From contig NC_135805.1 of assembly GCF_964213995.1 (NCBI RefSeq), positions 145,886,001-145,950,000 of the forward strand: a DNA stretch of 64,000 bases, read 5' to 3'. The DNA comes from Mustelus asterias (lineage: Eukaryota). Of this stretch, positions 35,301-50,300 are shown one piece after another. Position 1 is the first letter of the stretch; each line of letters opens with the position of its first letter. The position numbers and the translations under genes were made by a program. The notes under the pieces were generated by a model. The model was not told where the DNA came from, ran no database searches, and saw only the letters and a list, made by a program, of their open reading frames with translations.

Positions 35301-38300
35301 TAAACCAGGGGAGTGTGAAAACCAGGGGAGTGTGAAAACCAGGGGAGTTTGTAAATCAGGGGAATGTGTAAACCAGGGGAGTGTGTAAACCAGGGGAGTG
35401 AGTAAACCAGGGGAGTGTGTAAACCAGGGGAGTTTGTAAACCAGGGGAGTGTGAAAACCAGGGGAGTTTGTAAATCAGGGGAATGTGTAAACCAGGGGAG
35501 TGTGTAAACCAGGGGTGTGTGTAAACCAGGGGTGTGTGTAAACCAGGGGAGTGTGTAAACCAGGGGAGTGAGTAAACCAGGGGAGTGTGTAAACCAGGGG
35601 AGTGTGTAAACCAGGGGAGTGAGTAAACCAGGGGAGTGTGTAAACCAGGGGAGTGAGTAAACCAGGGGAGTGTGTAAACCAGGGGTGTGTGTAAACCAGG
35701 GGAGTGTGTAAACCAGGGGTGTGTGTAAACCAGGGGAGTGAGTAAACCAGGGGAGTGTGTAAACCAGGGGAGTGTGTAAACCAGGGGAGTGTGTAAACCA
35801 GGGGTGTGTGTAAACCAGGGGAGTGTGTAAACCAGGGGTGTGTGTAAACCAGGGGTGTGTGCAAACCAGGGGAGTGTGTAAACCAGGGGAGTGTGTAAAC
35901 CAGGGGAGTGTGTAAATCAGGGGAGTGTGTAAACCAGGGGAGTGTGTAAACCAGGGGTGTGTGTAAACCAGGGGAGTGTGTAAACCAGGGGAGTGTGTAA
36001 ACCAGGGGAGTGTGTAAATCAGGGGAATGTGTAAATCAGGGGAATGTGTAAATCAGGGGAATGTGTAAACCAGGGGAGTGTGTAAACCAGGGGAGTGTGT
36101 AAATCAGGGGAATGTGTAAATCAGGGGAATGTGTAAATCAGGGGAATGTGTAAACCAGGGGAGTGTGTAAATCAGGGGAATGTGTAAATCAGGGGAATGT
36201 GTAAATCAGGGGAATGTGTAAACCAGGGGAGTGTGTAAATCAGGGGTGTGTGTAAACCAGGGGATTGTGTAAACCAGGGGAGTGTGTAAACCAGGGGAGT
36301 GTGTAAACCAGGGGATTGTGTAAACCAGGGGAGTGTGTAAACCAGGGGTGTGTGTAAACCAGCGGAGTGTGCAAACCAGGGGAGTGTGTAAACCAGGGGA
36401 GTGTGTAAACCAGGGGAGTGTGCAAACCAGGGGAGTGTGTAAACCAGGGGAGTGTGTAAACCAGGGGTGTGTGTAAACCAGGGGAGTGTGTAAACCAGGG
36501 GAGTGTGTAAACCAGGGGAGTGTGTAAACCAGGGGAGTGTGTAAATCAGGGGAGTGTGTAAACCAGGGCAGTGTGTAAACCAGGGGAGTGTGTAAACCAG
36601 GGGAGTGTGTAAACCAGGGGAATGTGTAAATCAGGGGATTGTGTAAACCAGGGGAGTGTGTAAACCAGGGGAATGTGTAAATCAGGGGATTGTGTAAAGG
36701 AGGGGAGTGTGTAAACCAGGGGAATGTGTAAATCAGGGGATTGTGTAAACCAGGGGAGTGTGTAAACCAGGGGAGTGTGTAAACCAGGGGTGTGTGTAAA
36801 CCAGGGGAGTGTGCAAACCAGGGGAGTGTGTAAACCAGGGGAGTGTGTAAACCAGGGGAGTGTGTAAACCAGGGGAGTGTGTAAACCAGGGGTGTGTGAA
36901 AACCAGGGGAGTGTGTAAACCAGGGGTGTGTGTAAACCAGGGGAGTGTGTAAACCAGGGGAGTTTGTAAATCAGGGGAATGTGTAAACCAGGGGAGTTTG
37001 TAAATCAGGGGAGTGTGTAAACCAGGGGAGTGTGTAAACCAGGGGAGTTTGTAAACCAGGGGAGTGTGTAAACCAGGGGAGTGTGTAAACCAGGGGAATG
37101 AGTAAACCAGGGGAGTGTGTAAACCAGGGGAGTGTGTAAACCAGGGGAGTGTGTAAACCAGGGGAGTGTGTAAATCAGGGGTGTGTGTAAACCAGGGGAG
37201 TGTGTAAACCAGGGGAGTGTGTAAACCAGGGGTGTGTGTAAACCAGGGGAGTGTGTAAACCAGGGGTGTGTGTAAATCAGGGGAATGTGTAAACCAGGGC
37301 AGTGTGTAAACCAGGGGAGTGTGTAAACCAGGGGAGTGTGTAAACCAGGGGAGTGTGTAAATCAGGGGAATGTGTAAACCAGGGGAGTGTGTAAACCAGG
37401 GGAGTGTGTAAACCAGGGGATTGTGTAAACCAGGGGAGTGTGTAAACCAGGGGAGTGTGTAAACCAGGGGAGTGTGTAAACCAGGGGATTGTGTAAACCA
37501 GGGGAGTTTGTAAACCAGGGGAGTGTGTAAACCAGGGGAGTGTGTAAACCAGGGGAGTGTGTAAACCAGAGGAGTGTGTAAACCAGGGGAGTGAGTAAAC
37601 CAGGGGAGTGTGTAAACCAGGGGTGTGTGTAAACCAGGGGAGTGAGTAAACCAGGGGAGTGTGTAAACCAGGGGCGTGTGTAAACCAGGGGAGTGTGTAA
37701 ACCAGGGGAGTGTGTAAACCAGGGGAGTTTGTAAACCAGGGGAGTGTGCAAACCAGGGGAGTGTGCAAACCAGGGGAGTTTGTAAACCAGGGGAGTGTGT
37801 AAACCAGGGGAGTGTGTAAACCAGTGGAATGTGTAAACCAGGGGAGTGTGTAAACCAGGGGAGTGTGTAAACCAGGGGAGTGTGTAAACCAGGGGAGTGT
37901 GTAAACCAGGGGTGTGTGAAAACCAGGGGATTTTGTAAATCAGGGGAATGTGTAAACCAGGGGAGTGTGTAAACCAGGGGACTTTGTAAACCAGGGGAGT
38001 GTGAAAACCAGGGGAGTGTGTAAACCAGGGGAGTGTGAAACCAGGGGTGTGTGTAAATCAGGGGAATGTGTAAACCAGGGGAGTGTGTAAACCAGGGGAG
38101 TTTGTAAATCAGGGGAGTGTGTAAACCAGGGGAGTGTGTAAACCAGGGGAGTTTGTAAACCAGGGGAGTGTGTAAACCAGGGGAGTGTGTAAACCAGGGG
38201 AGTGAGTAAACCAGGGGAGTGTGTAAACCAGGGGAGTGTGTAAACCAGGGGAGTGTGTAAACCAGGGGAGTGTGTAAACCAGGGGAGTGTGTAAACCAGG

Positions 38301-41300
38301 GGAGTGTGTAAACCAGGGGAGTTTGTAAACCAGGGGAGTGTGCAAACCAGGGGAGTGTGCAAACCAGGGGAGTTTGTAAACCAGGGGAGTGTGTAAACCA
38401 GGGGAGTGTGTAAACCAGGGGAGTGTGTAAACCAGTGGAATGTGTAAACCAGGGGAGTGTGTAAACCAGGGGAGTGTGTAAACCAGGGGAGTGTGTAAAC
38501 CAGGGGTGTGTGTAAATCAGGGGAGTGTGTAAACCAGGGGAGTGTGTAAACCAGGGGAGTGTGTAAACCAGGGGAGTGTGTAAACCAGGGGAATGTGTAA
38601 ACCAGGGGAGTGTGTAAACCAGGGGAGTGTGTAAACCAGGGGAGTGTCTAAACCAGGGGAGTGTGTAAACCAGGGGAGTGTGTAAACCAGGGGTGTGTGT
38701 AAACCAGGGGAGTGTGTAAACCAGGGGAGTGTGTAAACCAGGGGAGTGTGTAAACCAGGGGAGTGTGTAAACCAGGGGAGTGTCTAAACCAGGGGAGTGT
38801 GTAAACCAGGGGAGTGTGTAAACCAGGGGAGTGTGCAAACCAGGGGAGTGTGTAAACCAGGGGAGTGTGTAAACCAGGGGTGTGTGTAAACCAGGGGTGT
38901 GTGTAAACCAGGGGAGTGTCTAAACCAGGGGAGTGTGTAAACCAGGGGAGTGTGTAAACCAGGGGTGTGAGTAAACCAGGGGAGTGTCTAAACCAGGGGA
39001 GTGTGTAAACCAGGGGAGTGTGTAAACCAGGGGAGTGTGTAAACCAGGGGTGTGTGTAAACCAGGGGAGTGTGTAAACCAGGGGTGTGTGTAAACCAGGG
39101 GAGTGTCTAAACCAGGGGAGTGTGTAAACCAGGGGAGTGTGTAAACCAGGGGAGTGTGTAAACCAGGGGTGTGTGTAAACCAGGGGAGTGTGTAAACCAG
39201 GGGAGTGTGTAAACCAGGGGAGTGTGTAAACCAGGGGAGTGTGTAAACCAGGGGTGTGTGTAAACCAGGGGAGTGTGTTAACCAGGGGAGTGTGTAAACC
39301 AGGGGTGTGTGTAAACCAGGGGAGTGTGTAAACCAGGGGAGTGTGTAAACCAGGGGAGTGTGTAAACCAGGGGTGTGTGTAAACCAGGGGAGTGTGTAAA
39401 CCAGGGGTGTGTGTAAACCAGGGGAGTGTCTAAACCAGGGGAGTGTGTAAACCAGGGGAGTGTATAATCAGGGGAGTGTGTAAACCAGGGGAGTGTGTAA
39501 ACCAGGGGAGTGTGTAAACCAGGGGAGTGTGTAAACCAGGGGAGTGTGTAAACCAGGGGAATGTGTAAATCAGGGGAGTGTGTAAACCAGGGGAGTGTGT
39601 AAATCAGGGGTGTGTGTAAACCAGGGGTGTGTGTAAACCAGGGGAGTGTGCAAACCAGGGGAGTGTGTAAATCAGGGGAGTGTGTAAATCAGGGGAGTGT
39701 GTAAACCAGGGGAGTGTGTAAACCAGGGGAGTGTGCAAACCAGGGGAATGTGTAAACCAGGGGAGTGTGTAAACCAGGGGAGTGTGTAAACCAGGGGAGT
39801 GTGTAAATCAGGGGTGTGTGTAAACCAGGGGTGTGTGTAAAGCAGGGGAGTGTGCAAACCAGGGGAGTGTGTAAACCAGGGGAGTGTGTAAACCAGGGGA
39901 GTGTGTAAACCAGGGGAGTGTGTAAACCAGGGGAGTGTGTAAACCAGGGGTGTGTGTAAAACAGGGGTGTGTGTAAACCAGGGGTGTGTGCAAACCAGGG
40001 GAGTGTGTAAACCAGGGGAGTGTGCAAACCAGGGGAGTGTGTAAACCAGGGGAGTGTGTAAACCAGGGGAGTGTGTAAACCAGGGGAGTGTGTAAACCAG
40101 GGGAGTGTGTAAACCAGGGGAGTGTGTAAACCAGGGGAGTGTGGAAACCAGGGGAGTGTGTAAACCAGGGGAGTGTGCAAACCAGGGGAGTGTGTAAACC
40201 AGGGGAGTGTGTAAACCAGGGGTGTGTGTAAACCAGGGGAGTGTGTAAACCAGGGGTGTGTGTAAACCAGGGGAGTGAGTAAACCAGGGGTGTGTGTAAA
40301 CCAGGGGTGTGTGTAAACCAGGGGAGTGTGTAAACCAGGGGAGTGTGTAAACCAGGGGAGTGTGTAAACCAGGGGAGTGTGTAAATCAGGGGAGTGTGTA
40401 AACCAGGGGTGTGTGTAAACCAGGGGAGTGTGCAAACCAGGGGAGTGTGTAAACCAGGGGAGTGTGTAAACCAGGGGTGTGTGTAAACCAGGGGATTGTG
40501 TAAACCAGGGGAGTGTGTAAACCAGGGGAGTGTGTAAACCAGGGGAGTGTGCAAACCAGGGGAGTGTGTAAACCAGGGGAGTGTGTAAACCAGGGGTGTG
40601 TGCAAACCAGGGGAGTGTGTAAACCAGGGGAGTGTGTAAACCAGGGGTGTGTGTAAACCAGGGGATTGTGTAAACCAGGGGAGTGTGTAAACCAGGGGAG
40701 TGTGTAAACCAGGGGTGTGTGTAAACCAGGGGAGTGTGTAAACCAGGGGAGTGTGTAAACCAGGGGAGTGTGTAAACCAGGGGAGTGTGTAAACCAGGGG
40801 AATGTGTAAATCAGGGGAGTGTGTAAACCAGGGCAGTGTGTAAACCAGGGGAGTGTGTAAACCAGGGGAGTGTGTAAACCAGGGGAATGTGTAAATCAGG
40901 GGATTGTGTAAACCAGGGGAGTGTGTAAACCAGGGGAATGTGTAAATCAGGGGATTGTGTAAACCAGGGGAGTGTGTAAGCCAGGGGACTGTGTAAATCA
41001 GGGGATTGTGTAAACCAGGGGAGTGTGTAAACCAGCGGAGTGTGTAAACCAGGGGTGTGTGTAAACCAGGGGAGTGTGCAAACCAGGGGAGTGTGTAAAC
41101 CAGGGGAGTTTGTAAAGCAGGGGAGTGTGTAAAGCAGGGGAGTGTGTAAACCAGGGGAGTGTGTAAACCAGGCGATTGTGTAAACCAGGGGAGTGTGTAA
41201 ACCAGGGGAGTGAGTAAACCAGGGGAGTTTGTAAACCAGGGGAGTGTGTAAACCAGGGGAGTGTGTAAACCAGGGGATTGTGTAAACCAGGGGAGTGTGT

Positions 41301-44300
41301 AAACCAGGGGAGTGTGTAAACCAGGGGAATGTGTAAACCAGGGGAGTGAGTAAACCAGGGGAGTGTGTAAACCAGGGGATTGTGTAAACCAGGGGAGTGT
41401 GTAAACCAGGGGAGTTTGTAAACCAGGGGAGTGTGTAAACCAGGGGAGTGTGTAAACCAGGGGAGTGTGTAAATTAGGGGTGTGTGTAAACCAGGGGTGT
41501 GTGTAAACCAGGGGAGTTTGCAAACCAGGGGAGTGTGTAAATCAGGGGAGTGTGTAAATCAGGGGAGTGTGTAAACCAGGGGAGTGTGTAAACCAGGGGA
41601 GTGTGTAAACCAGGGGAGTGTGCAAACCAGGGGAATGTGTAAACCAGGGGAGTGTGTAAACCAGGGGAGTGTGTAAACCAGGGGAGTGTGTAAATCAGGG
41701 GTGTGTGTAAACCAGGGGTGTGTGTAAAGCAGGGGAGTGTGTAAACCAGCGGAGTGTGTAAACCAGGGGAGTGTGCAAACCAGGGGAGTGTGTAAACCAG
41801 GGGAGTGTGTAAACCAGGGGAGTGTGTAAATCAGGGGAGTGTGTAAACCAGGGGAGTGTGTAAACCAGGGGAGTGTGTAAACCAGGGGAGTGTGGAAACC
41901 AGGGGAGTGTGTAAACCAGGGGAGTGTGCAAACCAGGGGAGTGTGTAAACCAGGGGAGTGTGTAAACCAGGGGTGTGTGTAAACCAGGGGAGTGTGTAAA
42001 CCAGGGGTGTGTGTAAACCAGGGGAGTGAGTAAACCAGGGGTGTGTGTAAACCAGGGGTGTGTGTAAACCAGGGGAGTGTGTAAACCAGGGGAGTGTGTA
42101 AACCAGGGGAGTGTGCAAACCAGGGGAGTGTGTAAACCAGGGGAGTGTGTAAACCAGGGGAGTGTGCAAACCAGGGGAGTGTGTAAACCAGGGGAGTGTG
42201 TAAACCAGGGGTGTGTGTAAACCAGGGGAGTGTGCAAACCAGGGGAGTGTGTAAACCAGGGGAGTGTGTAAACCAGGGGTGTGTGTAAACCAGGGGATTG
42301 TGTAAACCAGGGGAGTGTGTAAACCAGGGGAGTGTGTAAACCAGGGGAGTGTGCAAACCAGGGGAGTGTGCAAACCAGGGGAGTGTGTAAACCAGGGGTG
42401 TGTGCAAACCAGGGGAGTGTGTAAACCAGGGGAGTGTGTAAACCAGGGGTGTGTGTAAACCAGGGGATTGTGTAAACCAGGGGAGTGTGTAAACCAGGGG
42501 AGTGTGTAAACCAGGGGTGTGTGTAAACCAGGGGAGTGTGTAAACCAGGGGAGTGTGTAAACCAGGGGAGTGTGTAAACCAGGGGAATGTGTAAATCAGG
42601 GGATTGTGTAAACCAGGGCAGTGTGTAAACCAGGGGAGTGTGTAAACCAGGGGAGTGTGTAAACCAGGGGAATGTGTAAATCAGGGGATTGTGTAAACCA
42701 GGGGAGTGTGTAAACCAGGGGAATGTGTAAATCAGGGGATTGTGTAAACCAGGGGAGTGTGTAAACCAGGGGAATGTGTAAATCAGGGGATTGTGTAAAC
42801 CAGGGGAGTGTGTAAACCAGGGGAGTGTGTAAACCAGGGGTGTGTGTAAACCAGGGGAGTGTGCAAACCAGGGGAGTGTGTAAACCAGGGGAGTTTGTAA
42901 AGCAGGGGAGTGTGTAAAGCAGGGGAGTGTGTAAACCAGGGGAGTGTGTAAACCAGGGGAGTGTGTAAACCAGGGGATTGTGTAAACCAGGGGAGTGTGT
43001 AAACCAGGGGAGTGAGTAAACCAGGGGAGTTTGTAAACCAGGGGAGTGTGTAAACCAGGGGAGTGTGTAAACCAGGGGATTGTGTAAACCAGGGGAGTGT
43101 GTAAACCAGGGGAGTGTGTAAACCAGGGGAATGTGTAAACCAGGGGAGTGAGAAAACCAGGGGAGTGTGTAAACCAGGGGATTGTGTAAACCAGGGGAGT
43201 GTGTAAACCAGGGGAGTTTGTAAACCAGGGGAGTGTGTAAACCAGGGGAGTGTGTAAACCAGGGGAGTGAGTAAACCAGGGGAGTGTGTAAACCAGGGGA
43301 TTGTGGAAACCAGGGGAGTGTGTAAACCAGGGGAGTGTGTAAACCAGGGGAGTGTGTAAACCAGGGCAGTGTGCAAACCAGGGGAGTGTGTAAACCAGGG
43401 GAGTGTGCAAACCAGGGGAGTGTGTAAACCAGGGGAGTGTGTAAACCAGGGGAGTTTGTAAACCAGGGGAGTGTGCAAACCAGGGGAGTTTGTAAACCAG
43501 GGGAGTTTGTAAACCAGGGGAGTTTGTAAACCAGGGGAGTGTGCAAACCAGGGGAGTGTGCAAACCAGGGGAGTTTGTAAACCAGGGGAGTGTGTAAACC
43601 AGGGGAGTGTGTAAACCAGGGGAATGTGTCAACCAGGGGAGTGTGTAAACCAGGGGAGTGTGTAAACCAGGGGAGTGTGTAAACCAGGGGAATGTGTAAA
43701 CCAGGGGAGTGTGTAAACCAGGGGTGTGTGTAAACCAGGGGTGTGTGTAAACCAGGGGAGTGTGTAAACCAGGGGAGTGTGTAAACCAGGGGTGTGTGTA
43801 AACCAGGGGAATGTGTAAACCAGGGGAGTGTGTAAACCAGGGGACTGTGTAAATCAGGGGAGTGTGTAAACCAGGGGAGTGTGTAAACCAGGGGAGTTTG
43901 TAAAGCAGGGGAGTGTGTAAACCAGGGGAGTGTGTAAACCAGGGGAGTGAGTAAACCAGGGGAGTGTGTAAACCAGGGGAGTGTGTAAACCAGGGGAGTG
44001 TGTAAACCAGGGGAGTTTGTAAACCAGGGGAGTGTGCAAACCAGGGGATTGTGCAAACCAGGGGAGTTTGTAAACCAGGGGAGTGTGTAAACCAGGGGAG
44101 TGTGTAAACCAGGGGAATGTGTAAACCAGGGGAGTGTGGAAACCAGGGGAGTGTGTAAACCAGGGGAGTGTGTAAACCAGGGGTGTGTGTAAACCAGGGG
44201 AATGTGTAAACCAGGGGAGTGTGCAAACCAGGGGAGTGTGTAAACCAGGGGAGTGTGTAAACCAGTGGAGTGTGTAAACCAGGGGAGTGTGCAAACCAGG

Positions 44301-47300
44301 GGAGTTTGTAAACCAGGGGAGTTTGTAAACCAGGGGAGTGTGTAAACCAGGGGAGTGTGTAAACCAGGGGTGTTTGTAAACCAGGGGAGTGTGCAAACCA
44401 GGGGAGTGTGCAAACCAGGGGAGTGTGTAAACCAGGGGAGTTTGTAAACCAGGGGAGTGTGCAAACCAGGGGAGTGTGCAAACCAGGGGAGTTTGTAAAC
44501 CAGGGGAGTTTGTAAACCAGGGGAGTGTGTAAACCAGGGGTGTTTGTAAACCAGGGGAGTGTGCAAACCAGGGGAGTGTGTAAACCAGGGGAGTTTGTAA
44601 ACCAGGGGAGTGTGTAAACCAGGGGTGTTTGTAAACCAGGGGACTGTGCAAACCAGGGGACTGTGCAAACCAGGGGAGTGTGTAAACCAGGGGAGTGTGT
44701 AAACCAGGGGTGTGAGTAAACCAGGGGAGTGTGCAAACCAGGGGAGTTTGTAAACCAGGGGAGTGTGCAAACCAGGGGAGTGTGTAAACCAGGGGTGTGT
44801 GTAAACCAGGGGAGTGAGTAAACCAGGGGAGTGTGTAAACCAGGGGATTGTGTAAACCAGGGGAGTGTGTAAACCAGGGGAGTTTGTAAACCAGGGGAGT
44901 GTGTAAACCAGGGGTGTGTGTAAACCAGGGGAATGTGTAAATCAGGGGAGTGTGTAAACCAGGGGAGTGTGTAAACCAGGGGAGTGAGTAAACCAGGGGA
45001 GTGTGTAAACCAGGGGATTGTGTAAACCAGGGGAGTGTGTAAACCAGGGGAGTGTGTAAACCAGGGGAGTGTGTAAACCAGGGGATTGTGTAAACCAGGG
45101 GAGTGTGTAAACCAGGGGAGTGAGTAAACCAGGGGAGTGTGTAAACCAGGGGATTGTGTAAACCAGGGGAGTGTGTAAACCAGGGGAGTGTGTAAACCAG
45201 GGGAGTGTGTAAACCAGGGGATTGTGTAAACCAGGGGAGTGTGTAAACCAGGGGAGTGTGTAAACCAGGGGAGTGTGTAAACCAGGGGAGTGTGTAAACC
45301 AGGGGATTGTGTAAACCAGGGGAGTGTGTAAACCAGGGCAGTGTGTAAACCAGGGGTGTGTGTAAACCAGGGGAATGTGTAAACCAGGGGAGTGTGTAAA
45401 CCAGGGGAGTGTGTAAACCAGGGCAGTGTGTAAACCAGGGGATTGTGTAAACCAGGGGTGTGTGTAAACCAGGGGAGTGTGTAAACCAGGGGATTGTGTA
45501 AACCAGGGCAGTGTGTAAACCAGGGGATTGTGTAAACCAGGGCAGTGTGTAAACCAGGGGTGTGTGTAAACCAGGGGATTGTGTAAACCAGGGCAGTGTG
45601 TAAACCAGGGGAGTTTGTAAACCAGGGGAGTGTGTAAACCCGGGGAGTTTGTAAACCAGGGGAGTGTGTAAACCAGGGGTGTGTGTAAACCCGGGGAGTT
45701 TGTAAACCAGGGGAGTGTGTAAACCAGGGGTGTGTGTAAACCAGGGGAGTGTGTAAACCAGGGGAGTTTGTAAACCAGGGGAGTGTGCAAACCAGGGGAG
45801 TATGTAAACCAGGGGAGTTTGTAAACCAGGGGAGTGTGTAAACCAGGGGAGTGTGTAAACCAGGGGAATGTGTAAACCAGGGGAGTTTGTAAACCAGGGG
45901 AGTGTGTAAACCAGGGGTGTGTGTAAACCAGGGGTGTGTGTAAACCAGGGGAGTGTGTAAATCAGGGGAGTGTGTAAACCAGGGGAGTTTGTAAACCAGG
46001 GGAGTGTGTAAACCAGGGGAGTTTGTAAATCAGGGGAATGTGTAAACCAGGGGAGTGTGTAAACCAGGGGATTGTGTAAACCAGGGGAGTTTGTAAATCA
46101 GGGGAGTGTGTAAACCAGGGGAGTTTGTAAACCAGGGGAGTGTGTAAACCAGGGGAGTTTGTAAACCAGGGGAGTTTGTAAACCAGGGGAGTGTGTAAAC
46201 CAGGGGAGTGTGTAAACCAGGGGAGTGAGTAAACCAGGGGAGTGTGTAAACCAGGGGATTGTGTAAACCAGGGGAGTGAGTAAACCAGGGGATTGTGTAA
46301 ACCAGGGGAGTGTGTAAACCAGGGGAGTGAGTAAACCAGGGGAGTGTGTAAACCAGGGGATTGTGTAAACCAGGGGAGTGTGTAAACCAGGGGAGTGTGT
46401 AAACCAGGGGATTGTGTAAACCAGGGGAGTGTGTAAACCAGGGGAGTGTGTAAACCAGGGGAGTGTGTAAACCAGGGGAGTGTGTAAACCAGGGGATTGT
46501 GTAAACCAGGGGAGTGTGTAAACCAGGGCAGTGTGTAAACCAGGGGTGTGTGTAAACCAGGGGATTGTGTAAACCAGGGCAGTGTGTAAACCAGGGGAGT
46601 GTGTAAACCAGGGGAGTGTGTAAACCAGGGGAGTGTGTAAACCAGGGCAGTGTGTAAACCAGGGGAGTTTGTAAACCAGGGGAGTGTGTAAACCCGGGGA
46701 GTTTGTAAACCAGGGGAGTGTGTAAACCAGGGGTGTGTGTAAACCAGGGGAGTGTGTAAACCAGGGGAGTTTGTAAACCAGGGGAGTGTGCAAACCAGGG
46801 GAGTGTGTAAACCAGGGGAGTTTGTAAACCAGGGGAGTGTGTAAACCAGGGGAGTGTGTAAACCAGGGGAATGTGTAAACCAGGGGAGTGTGTAAAGCAG
46901 GGGAGTGTGTAAACCAGGGGAGTGTGTAAATCAGGGGAGTGTGTAAACCAGGGGAGTGTGTAAACCAGGGGAGTGTGTAAATCAGGGGAGTGTGTAAACC
47001 AGGGGAGTGTGTAAACCAGGGGAGTGTGTAAACCAGGGGTGTGTGTAAACCAGGGGAGTGTCTAAACCAGGGGAGTGTGTAAACCAGGGGAGTGTGTAAA
47101 CCAGGGGTGTGTGTAAACCAGGGGAGTGTGTAAACCAGGGGAGTGTCTAAACCAGGGGAGTGTGTAAACCAGGGGAGTGTGTAAACCAGGGGAGTGTGTA
47201 AACCAGGGGAGTGTGTAAACCAGGGGAGTGTGTAAACCAGGGGAGTGTGTAAACCAGGGGAGTGTGTAAACCAGGGGATTGTGTAAACCAGGGGAGTGTG

Positions 47301-50300
47301 TAAACCAGGGCAGTGTGTAAACCAGGGGTGTGTGTAAACCAGGGGATTGTGTAAACCAGGGCAGTGTGTAAACCAGGGGAGTGTGTAAACCAGGGGAGTG
47401 TGTAAATCAGGGGAGTGTGTGAACCAGGGGAGTTTGTAAACCAGGGGAGTGTGTAAACCAGGGGAGTTTGTAAATCAGGGGAATGTGTAAACCAGGGGAG
47501 TGTGTAAACCAGGGGAGTTTGTAAACCAGGGGAGTTTGTAAACCAGGGGAGTGTGTAAACCAGGGGAGTGTGTAAACCAGGGGATTGTGTAAACCAGGGC
47601 AGTGTGTAAACCAGGGGAGTGTGTAAACCAGGGGATTGTGTAAACCAGGGGAGTTTGTAAACCAGGGGAGTGTGTAAACCCGGGGAGTTTGTAAACCAGG
47701 GGAGTGTGTAAACCAGGGGTGTGTGTAAACCAGGGGAGTGTGTAAACCAGGGGAGTTTGTAAACCAGGGGAGTGTGCAAACCAGGGGAGTGTGTAAACCA
47801 GGGGAGTTTGTAAACCAGGGGAGTGTGTAAACCAGGGGAGTGTGTAAACCAGGGGAATGTGTAAACCAGGGGAGTGTGTAAAGCAGGGGAGTGTGTAAAC
47901 CAGGGGAGTGTGTAAATCAGGGGAGTGTGTAAACCAGGGGAGTGTGTAAACCAGGGGAATGTGTAAACCAGGGGAATGTGTAAACCAGGGGAGTGTGTAA
48001 ACCAGGGGAGTGTGTAAATCAGGGGAGTGTGTAAACCAGGGGAGTGTGTAAACCAGGGGAGTGTGTAAACCAGGGGAGTGTGTAAACCAGGGGTGTGTGT
48101 AAACCAGGGGAGTGTCTAAACCAGGGGAGTGTGGAAACCAGGGGAGTGTGTAAACCAGGGGTGTGTGTAAACCAGGGGAGTGTGTAAACCAGGGGAGTGT
48201 GTAAACCAGGGGAGTGTGTAAACCAGGGGAGTGTGTAAACCAGGGGAGTGTGTAAACCAGGGGAGTGTGTAAACGAGGGGAATGTGTAAACCAGGGGAAT
48301 GTGTAAACCAGGGGAGTGTGTAAACGAGGGGAATGTGTAAACCAGGGGACTGTGTAAACCAGGGGTGTGGGTAAACCAGGGGAGTGTGTAAACCAGGGGA
48401 GTGTGTAAACCAGGGGAGTGTGTAAACCAGGGGTGTGTGTAAACCAGGGGAGTGTGTAAACGAGGGGAATGTGTAAACCAGGGGAATGTGTAAACCAGGG
48501 GTGTGGGTAAACCAGGGGAGTGTGTAAACCAGGGGAGTGTGTAAACCAGGGGAGTGTGTAAACCAGGGGAGTGTGTAAACCAGGGGAGTGTGTAAACCAG
48601 GGGAGTGTGTAAACCAGGGGAATGTGTAAACCAGGGGAATGTGTAAACCAGGGGAATGTGTAAACCAGGGGTGTGGGTAAACCAGGGGAGTGTGTAAACC
48701 AGGGGAGTGTGTAAACCAGGGGAGTGTGTAAACCAGGGGAGTGTGTAAACCAGGGGAGTGTGTAAACCAGGGGTGTGTGTAAACCAGGGGAGTGTGTAAA
48801 CCAGGGTTGTGGGTAAACCAGGGGTGTGTGTAAACCAGGGGAGTGTGTAAACCAGGGGTGTGGGTAAACCAGGGGTGTGTGTAAACCAGGGGTGTGTGTA
48901 AACCAGGGGAGTGTGTAAACCAGGGCAGTGTGTAAACCAGGGGAGTGTGTAAACCAGGGGTGTGTGTAAACCAGGGGAGTGTGTAAACCAGGAGAGTGTG
49001 TAAACCAGGAGAGTGTGTAAACCAGGGGAGTGTGTAAACCAGGGGAGTGTGTAAACCAGGAGAGTGTGTAAACCAGGAGAGTGTGTAAACCAGGGGTGTG
49101 TGTAAACCAGGGGAGTGTGTAAACCAGGGGAGTGTGTAAACCAGGAGAGTGTGTAAACCAGGGGAGTGTGTAAACCAGGGGAGTGTGTAAACCAGGGGTG
49201 TGTGTAAACCAGGGGAGTGTGTAAACCAGGGGAGTGTGTAAACCAGGGGTGTGTGTAAACCAGGGGAGTGTGTAAACCAGGGGAGTGTGTAAACCAGGGG
49301 AGTGTGTAAACCAGGGGAGTGTGTAAACCAGGGGTGTGTGTAAACCAGGGGAGTGTGTAAACCAGGGGAGTGTGTAAACCAGGGGTGTGTGTAAACCAGG
49401 GGAGTGTGTAAACCAGGGGAGTGTGTAAACCAGGGGTGTGTGTAAACCAGGGGAGTGTGTAAACCAGGGGAGTGTGTAAACCAGGGGAGTGTGTAAACCA
49501 GGGGTGTGTGTAAACCAGGGGAGTGTGTAAACCAGGGGTGTGTGTAAACCAGGGGAGTGTGTAAACCAGGGGAGTGTGTAAACCAGGGGAGTGTGTAAAC
49601 CAGCGGTGTGTGTAAACCAGGGGAGTGTGTAAACCAGGGGAGTGTGTAAACCAGGGGAGTGTGTAAACCAGGGGAGTGAGTAAACCAGGGGAGTGTGTAA
49701 ACCAGGGGTGTGTGTAAACCAGGGGAGTGTGTAAACCAGGGGAGTGTGTAAACCAGGGGAGTGTGTAAACCAGGGGAGTGTGTAAACCAGGGGAGTTTGT
49801 AAACCAGGGGAGTGTGTAAACCAGGGGAGTGTGTAAACCAGGGGTGTGTGTAAACCAGAGGAGTGTGTAAACCAGGGGAGTGAGTAAACCAGGGCAGTGT
49901 GTAAACCAGGGGAGTGTGAAAACCAGGGGAGTTTGTAAATCAGGGGAATGTGTAAACCAGGGGAGTGTGTAAACCAGGGGTGTGTGTAAACCAGGGGAGT
50001 TTGTAAACCAGGGGAGTGTGAAAACCAGGGGAGTTTGTAAATCAGGGGAATGTGTAAACCAGGGGAGTGTGTAAACCAGGGGTGTGTGTAAACCAGGGGA
50101 GTTTGTAAACCAGGGGAGTGTGTAAACCAGGGGAGTGTGTAAACCAGGGGAGTGAGTCAACCAGGGGAGTGTGTAAACCAGGGGTGTGTGTAAACCAGGG
50201 GAGTGTGTAAACCAGGGGTGTGTGTAAATCAGGGGAATGTGTAAACCAGGGCAGTGTGTAAACCAGGGGATTGTGTAAACCAGGGGAGTGTGTAAACCAG